This document shows, in pieces, positions 1 through 10,031 of a stretch of 64,000 nt of DNA. The stretch lies in NCBI GenBank assembly GCA_963809895.1, contig CAWELD010000003.1, forward strand, positions 3,584,001-3,648,000. Direction: 5' to 3'. The stretch is from an uncultured Gemmatimonadales bacterium (lineage in GTDB: Bacteria > Gemmatimonadota > Gemmatimonadetes > Longimicrobiales > Gaopeijiaceae). Within the stretch, counting starts at the first letter, position 1. Every line of letters begins with the position of its first letter. The position numbers were made by a program, and so were the translations under genes. The notes beneath the pieces are model-generated. The model did not search any database. It worked only from the letters and a program-made list of their open reading frames with translations, and was not told the DNA's origin.

Positions 1-64
1 AGGAACGCCCGGCCCGCGCGCGGTGGCGGGCCGGGCGTCGGTCCCTCGCCCCGATGCCGGGCGA

Positions 65-1384
65 TCAGTCGAGATCGGCGCCGCCGCGGGCCGCCATCAT
101 GAGACTCACCATGGCGTCGGCGTCGAGGGTCGTGCCGTCGGGCAGGAGCGTGAGCAAGGTGCCGACGGTGGCGTCCAGGGCGTCCCGATAGCCCGCCATC
201 ACCGAGGCGGCCTCCGCCGCCGAAGTGGTCGCGTCGAGCCGGGCGCCCAGATCGGCGTCGGCGAAGGCGCTGGAGAGTCCGGCGCGCAGCGCGGCCTCCA
301 CGGCGGCGTCCAGCGTGCCGGTGACCGTCACGATTCCGTCGAAGACCGCAGCTTCGCCGTCGTCGGCCGCGGCATCCAGCGCGGCCCGCAGCTCCTCCAT
401 GGTGGTGGCCGCCTCGACGTCGGCCCGGGCTGTGGCCAGGATCGTGGTCATCGCCGACGCGCTCTCGCCGGGTCCCGCGTCCACCGAGGCCGCCAGGCGC
501 CCCCGCGCGCGGAGGTTCATGGCCACCGCGTGCCGCACCAGCTCGAGCCGCGTGGCTGCGGTCGCCGCGCTGGAGCCTCGCACGGCGCCGGAGGCACGGG
601 CCGCGGTGAGAAGTGTGAGCGAGCCCACCGATGCGCCGGCGTCCAGGTAGCCATCCAGGGTGGCTTCGGCGAAGGCGTCGTTGGCCGCCTCCAGCTCGGC
701 GCCGTTGTAGCGGCTTTCGGCGTAGTCCATGGCCAGGCCGGCCATGAGCTCGGTGCGCGTGGCGGCGTCGAGCTCCGTGGCCACCTGTGTCGCCGTGGCG
801 TCGAGCCAGCTGCGGGCGGCCAGGTAGGCATCAGCCACCGCGCCTACTTCGGCGCCGCTGGCGGCCACCTGAGCACCCGTCGCGTCGTCCATGCGCACGA
901 AGAGCGCCAGGCTGCCATCGTCCGCGGCGGCTCCGCTCTCGCCGTCCGAGTTGAGCCGGACGAAGACGTCGCTCTCGACGGTGGTCTCCGGTACGATGGT
1001 GGCCACGGTGATGTCGGACCCGGCTTCGGTCGTTCCGTGCACCAGGACGCGGCCGACCTCGGCTGCGGCGTCGGTGTAGGCCACGACTTCGAGCCCGCTC
1101 TCGCCTGTGGGCACGGTGTCCACGCTGAAGCGGCCCTCGGCGTCGATGTCTCCGCGGGCCAGCGTGGTTTCGCTGCCGTCCGACGCCACCCGCACGACCG
1201 CGACCGTGGTCGCATCGGCGCCGGCGACGGGATTGGGACCCGCCGAGGCCGGCGCGGTTTGATCGATCCGGCCCACGACGGTGGCTCGATTCGTGTCAGG
1301 GATGACCACGCCCTCGCCGTTTTCGAAGCAGGCGGCCAGAAGCAAACTACCGGCCAGGAGAAGGGGGAGAGTCTGGATACGCAT
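65..1384 (-). CDS. Hypothetical lipoprotein, Ala-rich, probably helical C-terminal region
   Basis: ORF 65..1477; internal ATG at 1384 gives MRIQTLPLLLAGSLLLAAC, a signal peptide with lipobox LAAC. Confidence 0.75.
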   Translation of the reverse strand: MRIQTLPLLLAGSLLLAACFENGEGVVIPDTNRATVVGRIDQTAPASAGPNPVAGADATTVAVVRVASDGSETTLARGDIDAEGRFSVDTVPTGESGLEVVAYTDAAAEVGRVLVHGTTEAGSDITVATIVPETTVESDVFVRLNSDGESGAAADDGSLALFVRMDDATGAQVAASGAEVGAVADAYLAARSWLDATATQVATELDAATRTELMAGLAMDYAESRYNGAELEAANDAFAEATLDGYLDAGASVGSLTLLTAARASGAVRGSSAATAATRLELVRHAVAMNLRARGRLAASVDAGPGESASAMTTILATARADVEAATTMEELRAALDAAADDGEAAVFDGIVTVTGTLDAAVEAALRAGLSSAFADADLGARLDATTSAAEAASVMAGYRDALDATVGTLLTLLPDGTTLDADAMVSLMMAARGGADLD

Positions 1385-1541
1385 GGAAGTCCTCGGGCGG
1401 GTGGGTGATACGGAGCCCACCACCGCGTGCCGCGCCGGCGAATGGTGACCTGTCGACGTGGCCTCCCCGGGAAGCAACTCTCGTTCCAGAGGGCAGGAGA
1501 GGAGGGTCCCTGCGACGATGCCCGCCCGCCTGCGTGGCGTT

Positions 1542-4277
1542 TTACGCGTCCAGGATGTCGCGGATCTTGCGCGCCAGATCGTCGGGGGCGAAGGGCTTCT
1601 GGAGGAGCGCGGCGTCCTGGCCCGAGAGGCCGTGGTCGTGGATGCGGTCAGCCGTGTATCCGGACATGAACAGGACTTGCCAGTCCGAACGGACCTGGCG
1701 CAGGCGGTCCACGAGCTCCTGTCCGCTCATGTGGGGCATGACCACGTCGGTGAGGACGAGATCGATGGGCCCGTCGTGGCTCTCGCACAGCAGCAGCGCC
1801 TCACCCCCGTTGGCGGCCTCCAGGACCCGGTACCCCATGCGCTTCAGGAAGCGGCGGACCAGCGACCGCACCGTCTCCTCGTCTTCGACCAGGAGGATGG
1901 TCTCGCCCTTCGCTCTGAGCGCAGCGCCGGTGCGCGCCCTCGGCTCCACGGTGTCGGGCTCGTCGCGGACCACCGGGAACCAGATCCGGAACTCAGCGCC
2001 TCGGCCCGCCTCGCTCACCACTTCGATGTGGCCGTCGTTCTGCTGGATGACGCCGTAGACGGTGCTCAGGCCCAATCCGGTGCCCTTGCCGGCCTCTTTG
2101 GTGGTGAAGAAGGGCTCGAAGATGTGCTCGAGGATCTCGGGGGGGATGCCGGAACCGGTGTCCCGCACGGACAGGAACACCCAGGTGTCCGTATCCGGCG
2201 CGACAGGACCCGACTCGGGAGGGGTCGAAGTCGAGCGCGCCTCGATGGTGAGCTCTCCGCCCCTCGGCATGGCATCGCGCGCATTCACCACGAGGTTGAG
2301 GAGGACCTGCTCCACGTGGCTCGGATCGGCGCGGATGGCTCCGAGATCCTCCGGCATCTTCATGACCAGCGCCACGTCCTCGCCGATGAGACGGCGCAGC
2401 ATCCCTTCCATGCCCGCGAGGAGCCCTGCCACGTCCAACACGCGCGGGCGGATGGGCTGTTTGCGGCTGAAGGCCAGGAGCTGTCGGGTGAGTCCCGCGG
2501 CCCGCTCGGCCGCGCTCATGATCTCCTGTGCGTCCTCGCGCAGCGGATCGTGCTCCTGCAGGTCGGCGAGGAGGAACTCGGCCCGCCCCTGGATCGTGGT
2601 GAGGAGGTTGTTGAAGTCGTGCGCCACGCCGCCGGCCAACCGGCCCACGGCTTCCATCTTCTGGGACTGGTGGAGCTGCTGCTCGAGCTCCTTCGCCTCG
2701 GTGACGTCGGACATGGTCAGCACCATGCCCTGCGGCTTTCCGTCCGAGTCCCGCATGGCCTCGCCGGTGAGCGCCAGGATGACCCGGGTGCCGTCGGGCC
2801 GCGTGAGTCCGAACTCCTGGCCCAGCACGGCGGAGCCCTGGCGTAGGACCTTCACGAAGGGCCGATCCTCGTCGGGCAGCGGAGTGCCGTCGGGATGGGT
2901 GAGCTCCCAGATGGGATCGTCGTAGAGGCGTCCTGGCGCCGACCCCTGCGTGCCGAGCATGTCCTCGGCGGCCCGGTTGGCGAAGGTCACGACGCCGTCC
3001 GGGTCGATGAAGACGACGCCCTCCACCATGCTCTCCAGGATTCCCCGCAGTCGTTGTTCGCTCTCCTTGCGGGCGGCGGCTTCCTGCATCTCGCGCGTCA
3101 CGTCGCGCACGACGGTGGCGGCGCCCAGCAGGCTTCCGTCGCGGGCGAGAATGGGTGCGGCGCTGGCCTCGGTGGTGACCCAGGAGCCGTCGGGGCGACG
3201 CATGTGGACGTCGGCGCGACAGGTCTTACCCTCGCGCAACGCCCTCATCGACGGCAGGTCGTCGGGATCGAAGGGGGTGCCGTCGGCGTGCAGGAGGTCG
3301 CTGAGGGCGCTCGGGACGGGGTGAATGCGCTTCATCGCCTCATTGCGGAAGACGATGCGGCCCCTCGGGTCCGCCACCAACACGCCCTCGGAGAGCTGCT
3401 CGAGGATGGCCAGGCGTTCGGCGTTGGCGCGCTCCACCTCGCGGTTCGAGCGCACGTGGTCGGTCACGTCCATGCCGTGCGTCATGACGCCGGTGACGTG
3501 CCCGTCGGCGTCACGCAGGGGCTGGAAGGCGAAGCTCACGAACCGCTGCTCCAGTGGGCCGTCGGGCGTGCGGCGCAGGAGGATGCGCTTCTCCTCGCCG
3601 GTGAAGGGCTCGCCCGTGGCGAGGACGTGGTCCAGCAACCCGGCGATGGGCTGCTCGGCCACCTCGGGCACCGCCTCGAGGAGGGGCTTCCCGAGGATCT
3701 CCCGTTCCTCGCCGACCAGGCGTCGGTACGCGGGGTTCACCATCTCGAAGACGTGGTCCGGACCCCGCACCACGGCGATGAAGGTCGGGGCCTCCTCGAA
3801 GAGTCCCCGGAGCGTCGAGCGCTCCTTGCGGAGCTGGTCCAGGAGGCGCCGTTGTCGACGCTCGTGGCGCACGCGCTCGCTGACGTCCACCACGGTGACC
3901 AGACGAGCGGATCGGCCTGACCAGACCACGTCGCGTCCGAAGACCTCCACATGCATCACGGATCCGTCGGCCCGCAGATGTCGCCACCCGCCGGACCGGC
4001 TCATGGTCGCCGGTCGCTGCTTCAGGTGCTCCAGGAAGCGTGGAACGTCTTCCGATGGGCGCAGGTCGTCGACGGTGAGACCGAGGAATTCCTCGCGGCT
4101 GTAGCCGTACTGAACCAGCGCGGCGCGGTTCACCGAAAGGATGCCGAGCGTCTGGGTGTCCCAGACCCACATGGGCATGGGGCTGTCCTGAAACAACAGG
4201 GGACAGACCGGATTCTCCGGGAACGCGAGGGGGCCGTCCCCTGATTCGAGGACGGACCGTGGATCCGATGACGCCAT
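1542..4277 (-). CDS. Multi-PAS hybrid sensor histidine kinase/response regulator
   Basis: Four PAS-like repeats; H-box [12 protein letters not shown]-box [15 protein letters not shown] boxes DTGSG and GTGLGL; receiver domain ILLVEDE...DVVMP...KPF. Confidence 0.95.
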   Translation of the reverse strand: MASSDPRSVLESGDGPLAFPENPVCPLLFQDSPMPMWVWDTQTLGILSVNRAALVQYGYSREEFLGLTVDDLRPSEDVPRFLEHLKQRPATMSRSGGWRHLRADGSVMHVEVFGRDVVWSGRSARLVTVVDVSERVRHERRQRRLLDQLRKERSTLRGLFEEAPTFIAVVRGPDHVFEMVNPAYRRLVGEEREILGKPLLEAVPEVAEQPIAGLLDHVLATGEPFTGEEKRILLRRTPDGPLEQRFVSFAFQPLRDADGHVTGVMTHGMDVTDHVRSNREVERANAERLAILEQLSEGVLVADPRGRIVFRNEAMKRIHPVPSALSDLLHADGTPFDPDDLPSMRALREGKTCRADVHMRRPDGSWVTTEASAAPILARDGSLLGAATVVRDVTREMQEAAARKESEQRLRGILESMVEGVVFIDPDGVVTFANRAAEDMLGTQGSAPGRLYDDPIWELTHPDGTPLPDEDRPFVKVLRQGSAVLGQEFGLTRPDGTRVILALTGEAMRDSDGKPQGMVLTMSDVTEAKELEQQLHQSQKMEAVGRLAGGVAHDFNNLLTTIQGRAEFLLADLQEHDPLREDAQEIMSAAERAAGLTRQLLAFSRKQPIRPRVLDVAGLLAGMEGMLRRLIGEDVALVMKMPEDLGAIRADPSHVEQVLLNLVVNARDAMPRGGELTIEARSTSTPPESGPVAPDTDTWVFLSVRDTGSGIPPEILEHIFEPFFTTKEAGKGTGLGLSTVYGVIQQNDGHIEVVSEAGRGAEFRIWFPVVRDEPDTVEPRARTGAALRAKGETILLVEDEETVRSLVRRFLKRMGYRVLEAANGGEALLLCESHDGPIDLVLTDVVMPHMSGQELVDRLRQVRSDWQVLFMSGYTADRIHDHGLSGQDAALLQKPFAPDDLARKIRDILDA

Positions 4278-4427
4278 GTGGGAGAGGGAGGTTCAAGAAT
4301 ACTTCATATACAGGTCCGTATTTGAAAGTTGTGTCACGCGGCGGCGCGGCGGAAGTCGGGCTTGGGCGGATATTTCGTGGGGCGTTTCCCCACGGGGGTG
4401 TGTGATGGTGCGCCGGTGCGGGGGCCG

Positions 4428-5669
4428 TCAGTGCTCGCCCAGCACCGCCATGACCAGGCCGCTCCGGATCTTGGGCTCGAACCAGGTGGACTTCGGGGGC
4501 ATGAGGCGGTCCTGGCGGCACACCGCCACGAACTGGTTCATGGTCACGGCCGGGAGCGTCACGGCCAGAGAGGCGTGTCCCGCGTCGACCTCACCTTGTA
4601 GCCACGCGGCGCCGCGGTTGGCGCCCACGAAGACCAGTCGCGCATCGGCGGGGTCGGTGATGCCCAGCAGCTCCGCGAACAGCAGGCGCTGTACGATGGC
4701 GTGATCGATGGACGCCGCCGCATCGGCGGGGTCGAAGGTGCCGGGACGGGGCGTCAGGCGTAGCCAGCCCGAATGCGGCAGGTACAGTCCCACACGGTGG
4801 GTCCCGTCGGGCTGGTAGGGTCGACCTGGAGCCGGGGCCACCTCGAAGGCGGCACCCAGATCGGCCTCCGTGGGGGGCGGCACCTCCGACGACACGAGCC
4901 GGTTGTAGGGTGCGATCCCCATGCGGGAGGCGGGAAAGAACACGGCCAGGAACCCGGGGCGCCCCAGCATGGCGGCCGCAGCGCTCCGGTGGTTGCCGTC
5001 GGCGACGTACGCTTCCGGTTCTCGGGCCAGCAGCTCCGTCAAGCGCTGGATCTCGCGGGCGTCGTCCAGGAGCCAGATACGATGCGTATTACCCATCTCG
5101 TCACCTGCCGCGAGGTCGGGCGGGCGGGCATCCGCGTGGCTCTCGAGGGCCGGGGCCAGGAAGCCCTGGATGTCGGGCGCGGCCACGTTCACCGTCCCGA
5201 TGACGGTTCCGGTGGCCTCGATCAGCCGCGCCCGCCCCCGTGCCTTCGCCTCGCGAACACCCTCGTTCCGGATGATGGGGCCCAGCGGCGTGGCCGGCGT
5301 GCGGATCTGATCCGTCCGGGCCATCCCCCCGAGACCGACCTGGCGCACGCCGGGGCGGGCGGGACCCGTGATCTCGTAGACGAAGAGAATGTCGCGCAGC
5401 TCACGGACCAGGGGCCCGCTCGACAGCGCTCGCATGTTGGCAGCGGCCCGGGCGAGCGCGGCATCGGAGTCCGCCGGCGCCAACGCGTCGGACGTCGGCG
5501 CGTCGCAGTGTGCCATGGTCACGCGCAGCACCGAGTCGGGACGACGCTGGATGAGCCGCCAGACCTCGGCGTCACCCTGGAACTCGTCGTAGTTCGGTGC
5601 GCTGATGCGCTCGGCGGCGCTGGAGTCCACCGGCACGAGGGCGCGAGCGATGGGGCGCAGGCTGATCAT
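4428..5669 (-). CDS. DUF1015 family protein
   Basis: Motifs APNYD, YVADGNHRSAAA and C-terminal MPPKSTWFEPK; start ATG chosen at 5669. Confidence 0.85.
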   Translation of the reverse strand: MISLRPIARALVPVDSSAAERISAPNYDEFQGDAEVWRLIQRRPDSVLRVTMAHCDAPTSDALAPADSDAALARAAANMRALSSGPLVRELRDILFVYEITGPARPGVRQVGLGGMARTDQIRTPATPLGPIIRNEGVREAKARGRARLIEATGTVIGTVNVAAPDIQGFLAPALESHADARPPDLAAGDEMGNTHRIWLLDDAREIQRLTELLAREPEAYVADGNHRSAAAAMLGRPGFLAVFFPASRMGIAPYNRLVSSEVPPPTEADLGAAFEVAPAPGRPYQPDGTHRVGLYLPHSGWLRLTPRPGTFDPADAAASIDHAIVQRLLFAELLGITDPADARLVFVGANRGAAWLQGEVDAGHASLAVTLPAVTMNQFVAVCRQDRLMPPKSTWFEPKIRSGLVMAVLGEH

Positions 5670-5731
5670 GGTCGCGCCAAGCTGGCGCCGGTACCGTGAT
5701 CCCGCCACCCCGCTTGCTCACCGGACGTGAA

Positions 5732-5766
5732 ACGAGGGGGAGCGGTACGGGACCGCTCCCCCCCGT
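5732..5766 (-). terminator. GC-rich hairpin downstream of tRNA-Asn
   Basis: GGGGGAGCGGT-ACGGG-ACCGCTCCCCC stem-loop just 3' of the tRNA on the minus strand; U-tract weak. Confidence 0.55.
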
Positions 5767-5781
5767 CAACCCGACGTCCAG

Positions 5782-5855
5782 CGCCTCCTCCAGGACTCGA
5801 ACCTGGGACACCCTGATTAACAGTCAGGTGCTCTAACCGACTGAGCTAAGGAGGC
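5782..5855 (-). tRNA. tRNA-Asn (GTT), CCA not encoded
   Basis: Reverse complement GCCTCCTTAGCTCAGTCGGTTAGAGCACCTGACTGTTAATCAGGGTGTCCCAGGTTCGAGTCCTGGAGGAGGCG folds as a cloverleaf; anticodon GTT, T-loop GTTCGAG. Confidence 0.97.
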
Positions 5856-5885
5856 AGGATCCCCCGCTGCGAGGGAACCACAACG

Positions 5886-6470
5886 CTATCCAAAGGGCAG
5901 GGGGGTGTCAACGGAATCTGGCGCCAGCTTCTCGTGCGCGGCGCGGCGCTCGCTGTCGTGATCGGCGACGGGCTCGGGGGCGTGCTGGCCCGCCGCCGCC
6001 ACCTCGCCGTCACCGGGCTCCCCGGTCCCCTCGGCATCGAGCGTCTCACCCGGATCGTGATCGGGCGTGACGTCGACCGTGCCAGGCTCGGACTCCGCGC
6101 GCTCTTCATCGGCCGCGTGCTGTCGCCCCGCGGCCACCCAGGCCGCCATCAGGCACAGGACCAGCGTCACCCCGGCCAGCGCCCACTGGCGGTGCATCAG
6201 GTGCGTCGTGGTGGCCATGGCCATGACCGGCGCGATGAGGAGGCCGCCGAGGAAGGCCGTGCGCCGGGGAAGAAGGAGGATGGCGCCCAGAATCTCCATG
6301 GCGCCCGCTACCTCCACCAGCGACGGAGGGATGCCCCATTGGTTGGCGAAACTGTCCGCCCACAGCTCGGGGAACACGAACTTGGTGGCGCCGGCGGCGA
6401 GAAAGACGGGGACCAGAACGGTGGTGGCGACCCACAGGCCGAAGCGCCGGAGAGAAGGCGAGGTGGTCAA
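5886..6470 (-). CDS. DoxX family membrane protein with acidic C-terminal tail
   Basis: FLAAGATKF...F..WG...GAMEILGAILLL pattern, four hydrophobic segments. Confidence 0.8.
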   Translation of the reverse strand: MTTSPSLRRFGLWVATTVLVPVFLAAGATKFVFPELWADSFANQWGIPPSLVEVAGAMEILGAILLLPRRTAFLGGLLIAPVMAMATTTHLMHRQWALAGVTLVLCLMAAWVAAGRQHAADEERAESEPGTVDVTPDHDPGETLDAEGTGEPGDGEVAAAGQHAPEPVADHDSERRAAHEKLAPDSVDTPLPFG

Positions 6471-6644
6471 CGATCCTCGAGGGCGGGTCTGGCCGCCTCT
6501 GTCGTCCGAATGGCCGAATCCACGTCGCCGTCTCCTTTCCGACTAGCCCGTGGGCGTCCTGCACGCGTTGCAAGCTCTCGTCGAAGCCCACCTGTGGTCA
6601 ACGGCTGCGTTCCGACGACGGTTGGCCGACGAGCCTGCCGGGGC

Positions 6645-6676
6645 TTGACGTTCAGTGCGTACTGAACGTTCTTAAT
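6645..6676 (+). promoter_or_regulatory. Promoter with palindromic operator for the GbsR/MarR regulator
   Basis: TTGACG at 6645-6650 overlaps the perfect inverted repeat ACGTTCAGT-GCGT-ACTGAACGT (6648-6669). Confidence 0.7.
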
Positions 6677-6699
6677 CGTCCTCGTTTCTCCGGAACGGA

Positions 6700-7188
6700 G
6701 TGCCCGTGAAGCCGTCTGCCGAGCAGTTCATCGAAAAGATGGGTGCCCTGGCCGAGGCCCAGGGTGCGTCGCGCATCAGCGGCCACATCCAGGCCATGCT
6801 TCTCCTCACGCCGGGGGCCCGGTCCCTCGACGAGCTGGCGCAGGCCCTGCAGGTGAGCAAGGCGAGCGTGAGCGTGAACGCCCGCATGCTGGCGGCGCGA
6901 GGGCTCGTGGAGCGGACCCATCGCCGGGGTGACCGGCGGGTCTTCTACCGCATGGCCGACGACCTGGAAGAACGGATGATGGAGCGGGCCCTGGAGCTCA
7001 TGCGCCGGTCCCGCGACCTCTTCGCCGAGGCGCTTGAAACCGTCGCCCCCGAACACGACCTGGTGCGGGCGCGCCTGATCTCCCTGCGCGACATGCACGG
7101 CGAGATCGTGGGCCGTATCGAGTCCAACCTCGCCCGGTTGCGGTCCGCCGCGACCGACCAGACCGAATTCTCCTCTGAAAGGAGTTGA
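6700..7188 (+). CDS. GbsR/MarR family transcriptional regulator
   Basis: EQFIEKMG...SLDELAQALQVSKASVSVNARML...GDRRVFY winged HTH; start GTG 6700 or 6706. Confidence 0.9.
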   Translation: MPVKPSAEQFIEKMGALAEAQGASRISGHIQAMLLLTPGARSLDELAQALQVSKASVSVNARMLAARGLVERTHRRGDRRVFYRMADDLEERMMERALELMRRSRDLFAEALETVAPEHDLVRARLISLRDMHGEIVGRIESNLARLRSAATDQTEFSSERS

Positions 7189-7193
7189 TCACC

Positions 7194-8858
7194 GTGTCCC
7201 CGCCGCTGCTTTCCTCCCGGCCGCGCTCGGGTCTCGTCATCCGGCGGCTCGCGCCGTTGCTGGCACTCCTCGTGAGCGCCGCGCGCGTGGGCGCCCAGGA
7301 GTCGGGCCCGCCGCCCCGCTCCCTCTCACTGCAGGAGGCCATCGGTCTCGCCGAGGCCGGGGCGGAGCAGGTCCAGATCGCCGAAGCCGGCGTGACCAGA
7401 GCCCAGGGTGACCAGAAGCGGGCGCTGGCCGCCCGTCTCCCGCAGCTCAGCGGCTCCGCCAGCTACTCCAGGACGCTGGACAGCCAGTTTCGCGGCGCGT
7501 TCAGCTCCAGCGACACCACCACGGCCACGGAATGTCCGGCCTTCACCGGAAACCCGACATTGCCTCTGGAAGCTCGGGTGGACTCGCTGGAGAGCGCCGT
7601 TTCGTGCCAACCGGGCTCGTCGGGCCCCTTCGGAGGCGCCGACTTCAACTCGCTGGGCTTCGGCAGCGAGAACACCTACAACCTGGGCCTCACCTTCTCG
7701 TGGCAGGTGTTCAGCGGCGGCCGGTTGGCGGCGCAGAGCCGGGCCGCCGACGCGGGCCGCTCCAGCGCCGACGTGGCGCTGGCCTCGGCCCGGGCCGAAC
7801 TCGTTCTGGACGTCACGCAGGCCTACTACGACGCCCAGCTCGCGCAGCGACTCGTCGACATCGCCGAAGCCTCGTTGCAGCAGGCGGAGGCGACGCTCCA
7901 GCAGACGCAGCGTGAGCAGGAGGTGGGAACCCAGGCCGAGTTCGAGGTGCTGCGTGCACGGGTGGCCCGCGACAACCAGCGCCCGGCCGTCATCCAGCGC
8001 CGGACCGCTCGTGATCTGGCCCTCTTTCGCCTCAAGCAGCTCCTGGATCTTCCGCTGAACGAGTCCCTGGAGCTCACGGACGACCTCGAAGGCATCCCGG
8101 CCGTGAGCGAAGGTGCGGAGCTCCCGGCCCGGCCCGCCGTCGAGCGACGGGCCCCGGTGCGCCAGGCTCAGGCGGGAGTCGAGGCCCAGCGCAGTCAGGT
8201 GGACGTGGCGTCCGCTCAGCGACTGCCGAGCGTGGCGCTGACCTCTTCCTACGGTCGGGTCGCGTTTCCCCGCGACCTGACGCCCGCCTGGAGTCAGTTC
8301 CGCACCAACTGGACGGTGGGCGTGGCGCTGCAACTGCCGCTCTTCACGGGCGGACGCATCGGCGGCGACCAGATGGCCGCCCAGGCGTCGCTGGCGGAGG
8401 CTCGGGCCCGTCTCGAGCAGGCTCGGGAGCAGGCGTCGCTGGATACCTACCAGGCCTACGCCGAGCTGGACGCGGCGCGCGCCTCGTGGCAGGCCAGCTC
8501 CGGCACCGTGGAACAGGCGCAACGCGCCTACGAGATCGCCGAGATTCGCTTCCGCGAAGGTCTTTCGACGCAGCTCGAGCTGAGCGACTCGCGCCTCCTG
8601 CTCGAGCAGGCGCGGGTGAACCGGGCCCAGGCGGCGCGCGACCTCCAGGTGGCCCGGACCCGGATCCGGTTGTTGCCGGACCTGCCCCTGGGCGGGGGCT
8701 CGGCGGGTCAGACCGGTGCGGCGGCGGCAGCGGGCGGCGGTGGGTCGTCCGCCGCGTCGTCCACGGGCCGGACCACCACCACGACCACAAGCGGTACCGG
8801 AGCGTCGGGCGTCGTCATTCCCGGCGGCGCCGGCACCCAGGGAGGGGGAAACCGATGA
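7194..8858 (+). CDS. TolC family outer-membrane efflux protein
   Basis: Signal peptide, LSLQEAI, duplicated OEP repeats (RLPQLS/RLPSVA, YEIAEIRFREGLSTQLELSD); start GTG 7194 after AAAGGAG, TTG 7185 alternative. Confidence 0.92.
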   Translation: MSPPLLSSRPRSGLVIRRLAPLLALLVSAARVGAQESGPPPRSLSLQEAIGLAEAGAEQVQIAEAGVTRAQGDQKRALAARLPQLSGSASYSRTLDSQFRGAFSSSDTTTATECPAFTGNPTLPLEARVDSLESAVSCQPGSSGPFGGADFNSLGFGSENTYNLGLTFSWQVFSGGRLAAQSRAADAGRSSADVALASARAELVLDVTQAYYDAQLAQRLVDIAEASLQQAEATLQQTQREQEVGTQAEFEVLRARVARDNQRPAVIQRRTARDLALFRLKQLLDLPLNESLELTDDLEGIPAVSEGAELPARPAVERRAPVRQAQAGVEAQRSQVDVASAQRLPSVALTSSYGRVAFPRDLTPAWSQFRTNWTVGVALQLPLFTGGRIGGDQMAAQASLAEARARLEQAREQASLDTYQAYAELDAARASWQASSGTVEQAQRAYEIAEIRFREGLSTQLELSDSRLLLEQARVNRAQAARDLQVARTRIRLLPDLPLGGGSAGQTGAAAAAGGGGSSAASSTGRTTTTTTSGTGASGVVIPGGAGTQGGGNR

Positions 8859-10028
8859 CACGCACGGAGGCTTCTGGGGCCGCGCCCCTTCGGTTCGCGA
8901 CCGCACGCGCGATGAGCCTGGTGGCGCTGCTGGCGCTGGCGGCGTGCGGTCGCGGCCCCGGCGGCGACATGGAGGCGGAGCAGGCCGCCCCCTTCCGCGT
9001 GGATCCCGCCGATCTGGTCGTGGTGGATTCGGGCACCATCGAGACGGGCCCCCTCCTGTCGGGCTCTCTGCAGCCGCGCCAGCAGGCCACCGTGAGAGCG
9101 GAGGTCGGAGGGCACGGTGCTCGAGGTCCTGGTGGAGCCCGGTCAGAACGTGCAACGGGGTGCGCCCCTGCTCCGCATCGACTCCGACGCGCCCAGCGAA
9201 AACCTGGAATCGGCCCGTGCCGGCGTGCGTTCCGCCGAGAGCCAGGTGCAGGTGGCGCGCCGCAACGTGGAGCGCAACGAGGAGCTCGTGAAGGTGGGCG
9301 CCGTCGCGGAGCGCACCGTCGAAGACTCTCGCAACCAGCTCTCCGCCGTCGAGGCCCAGCTTGCCGATGCCCGCTCGCGGCTGACCCAGGCCCAGAAGCA
9401 GGTATCCAACACGCGTCCGGTGGCGCCTTTCACCGGCGTGGTCAGCGAGCGGCCCGTGAACGCCGGCGACGTGGTGTCACCGGGCGCCGCACTGGCCAGC
9501 ATCATCGATCCGTCGACGCTGCGGCTGGTTGCGGCGATCCCCGCCGAGGTGCTGTCCGCGGTCGAGGTCGGCGCCTCGGTGCAGTTCCAGGTGACGGGAT
9601 ACTCCGACCGCCGTTTCGTGGGGACCGTCGAGCGCATCAACCCGGCCGCCGACCCAGTCACCCGCCAGATCACGCTCTACGTCGACATCCCCAACGACGA
9701 AGGCAATCTGGTGGCGGGGCTCTACGCCGAGGGCCGGGTCACCAGCGATCGGCGTCGCGCGCTGGTCGTGCCTCTGTCGGCCACCAGCCTGGGCGGTGAG
9801 GACGCCGAGTCCGGGCCGATCCTCCGGGTGCGGCGGGGTGAGGTGGAGCGTGTGGATGCGGCCTTCGGGGTCATCGACCGGCGCACGGGCCGCGTAGAGG
9901 TCCTGGCCGGCGTGGCGCTGGGCGACACCGTGTTGGTGGGGCCGGCGCGCCAGATCACCCCCGGAACGCCGGTCGAGGTGTCCGGGAGCGGGCCGGGCGG
10001 CGGTGCGGCGGCCGGCGGGGAGAGCTGA
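8855..10028 (+). CDS. RND efflux periplasmic adaptor (MFP) lipoprotein, single frameshift near 9110
   Basis: N-terminal part (lipobox LAAC, ...TVRAEVGG) in the frame of ORF 8486; C-terminal part (VLEVLVEPGQNVQRG...APFTGVV) in ORF 9117..10028; removing one G in GGAGGGCACG joins them. Confidence 0.88.
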
Positions 10029-10031
10029 GCC

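Noticed and set aside
4290..4330. Operator palindrome upstream of the histidine kinase
   Set aside because: AT-rich, but the inverted repeat is weak and gapped.
5782..5855. tRNA-Asn as an integration site
   Set aside because: No integrase nearby, and I saw no duplicated tRNA 3' end in the window.
9100..9120. Programmed ribosomal frameshift in the adaptor gene
   Set aside because: No slippery heptamer, and similar indels elsewhere point to sequencing error.
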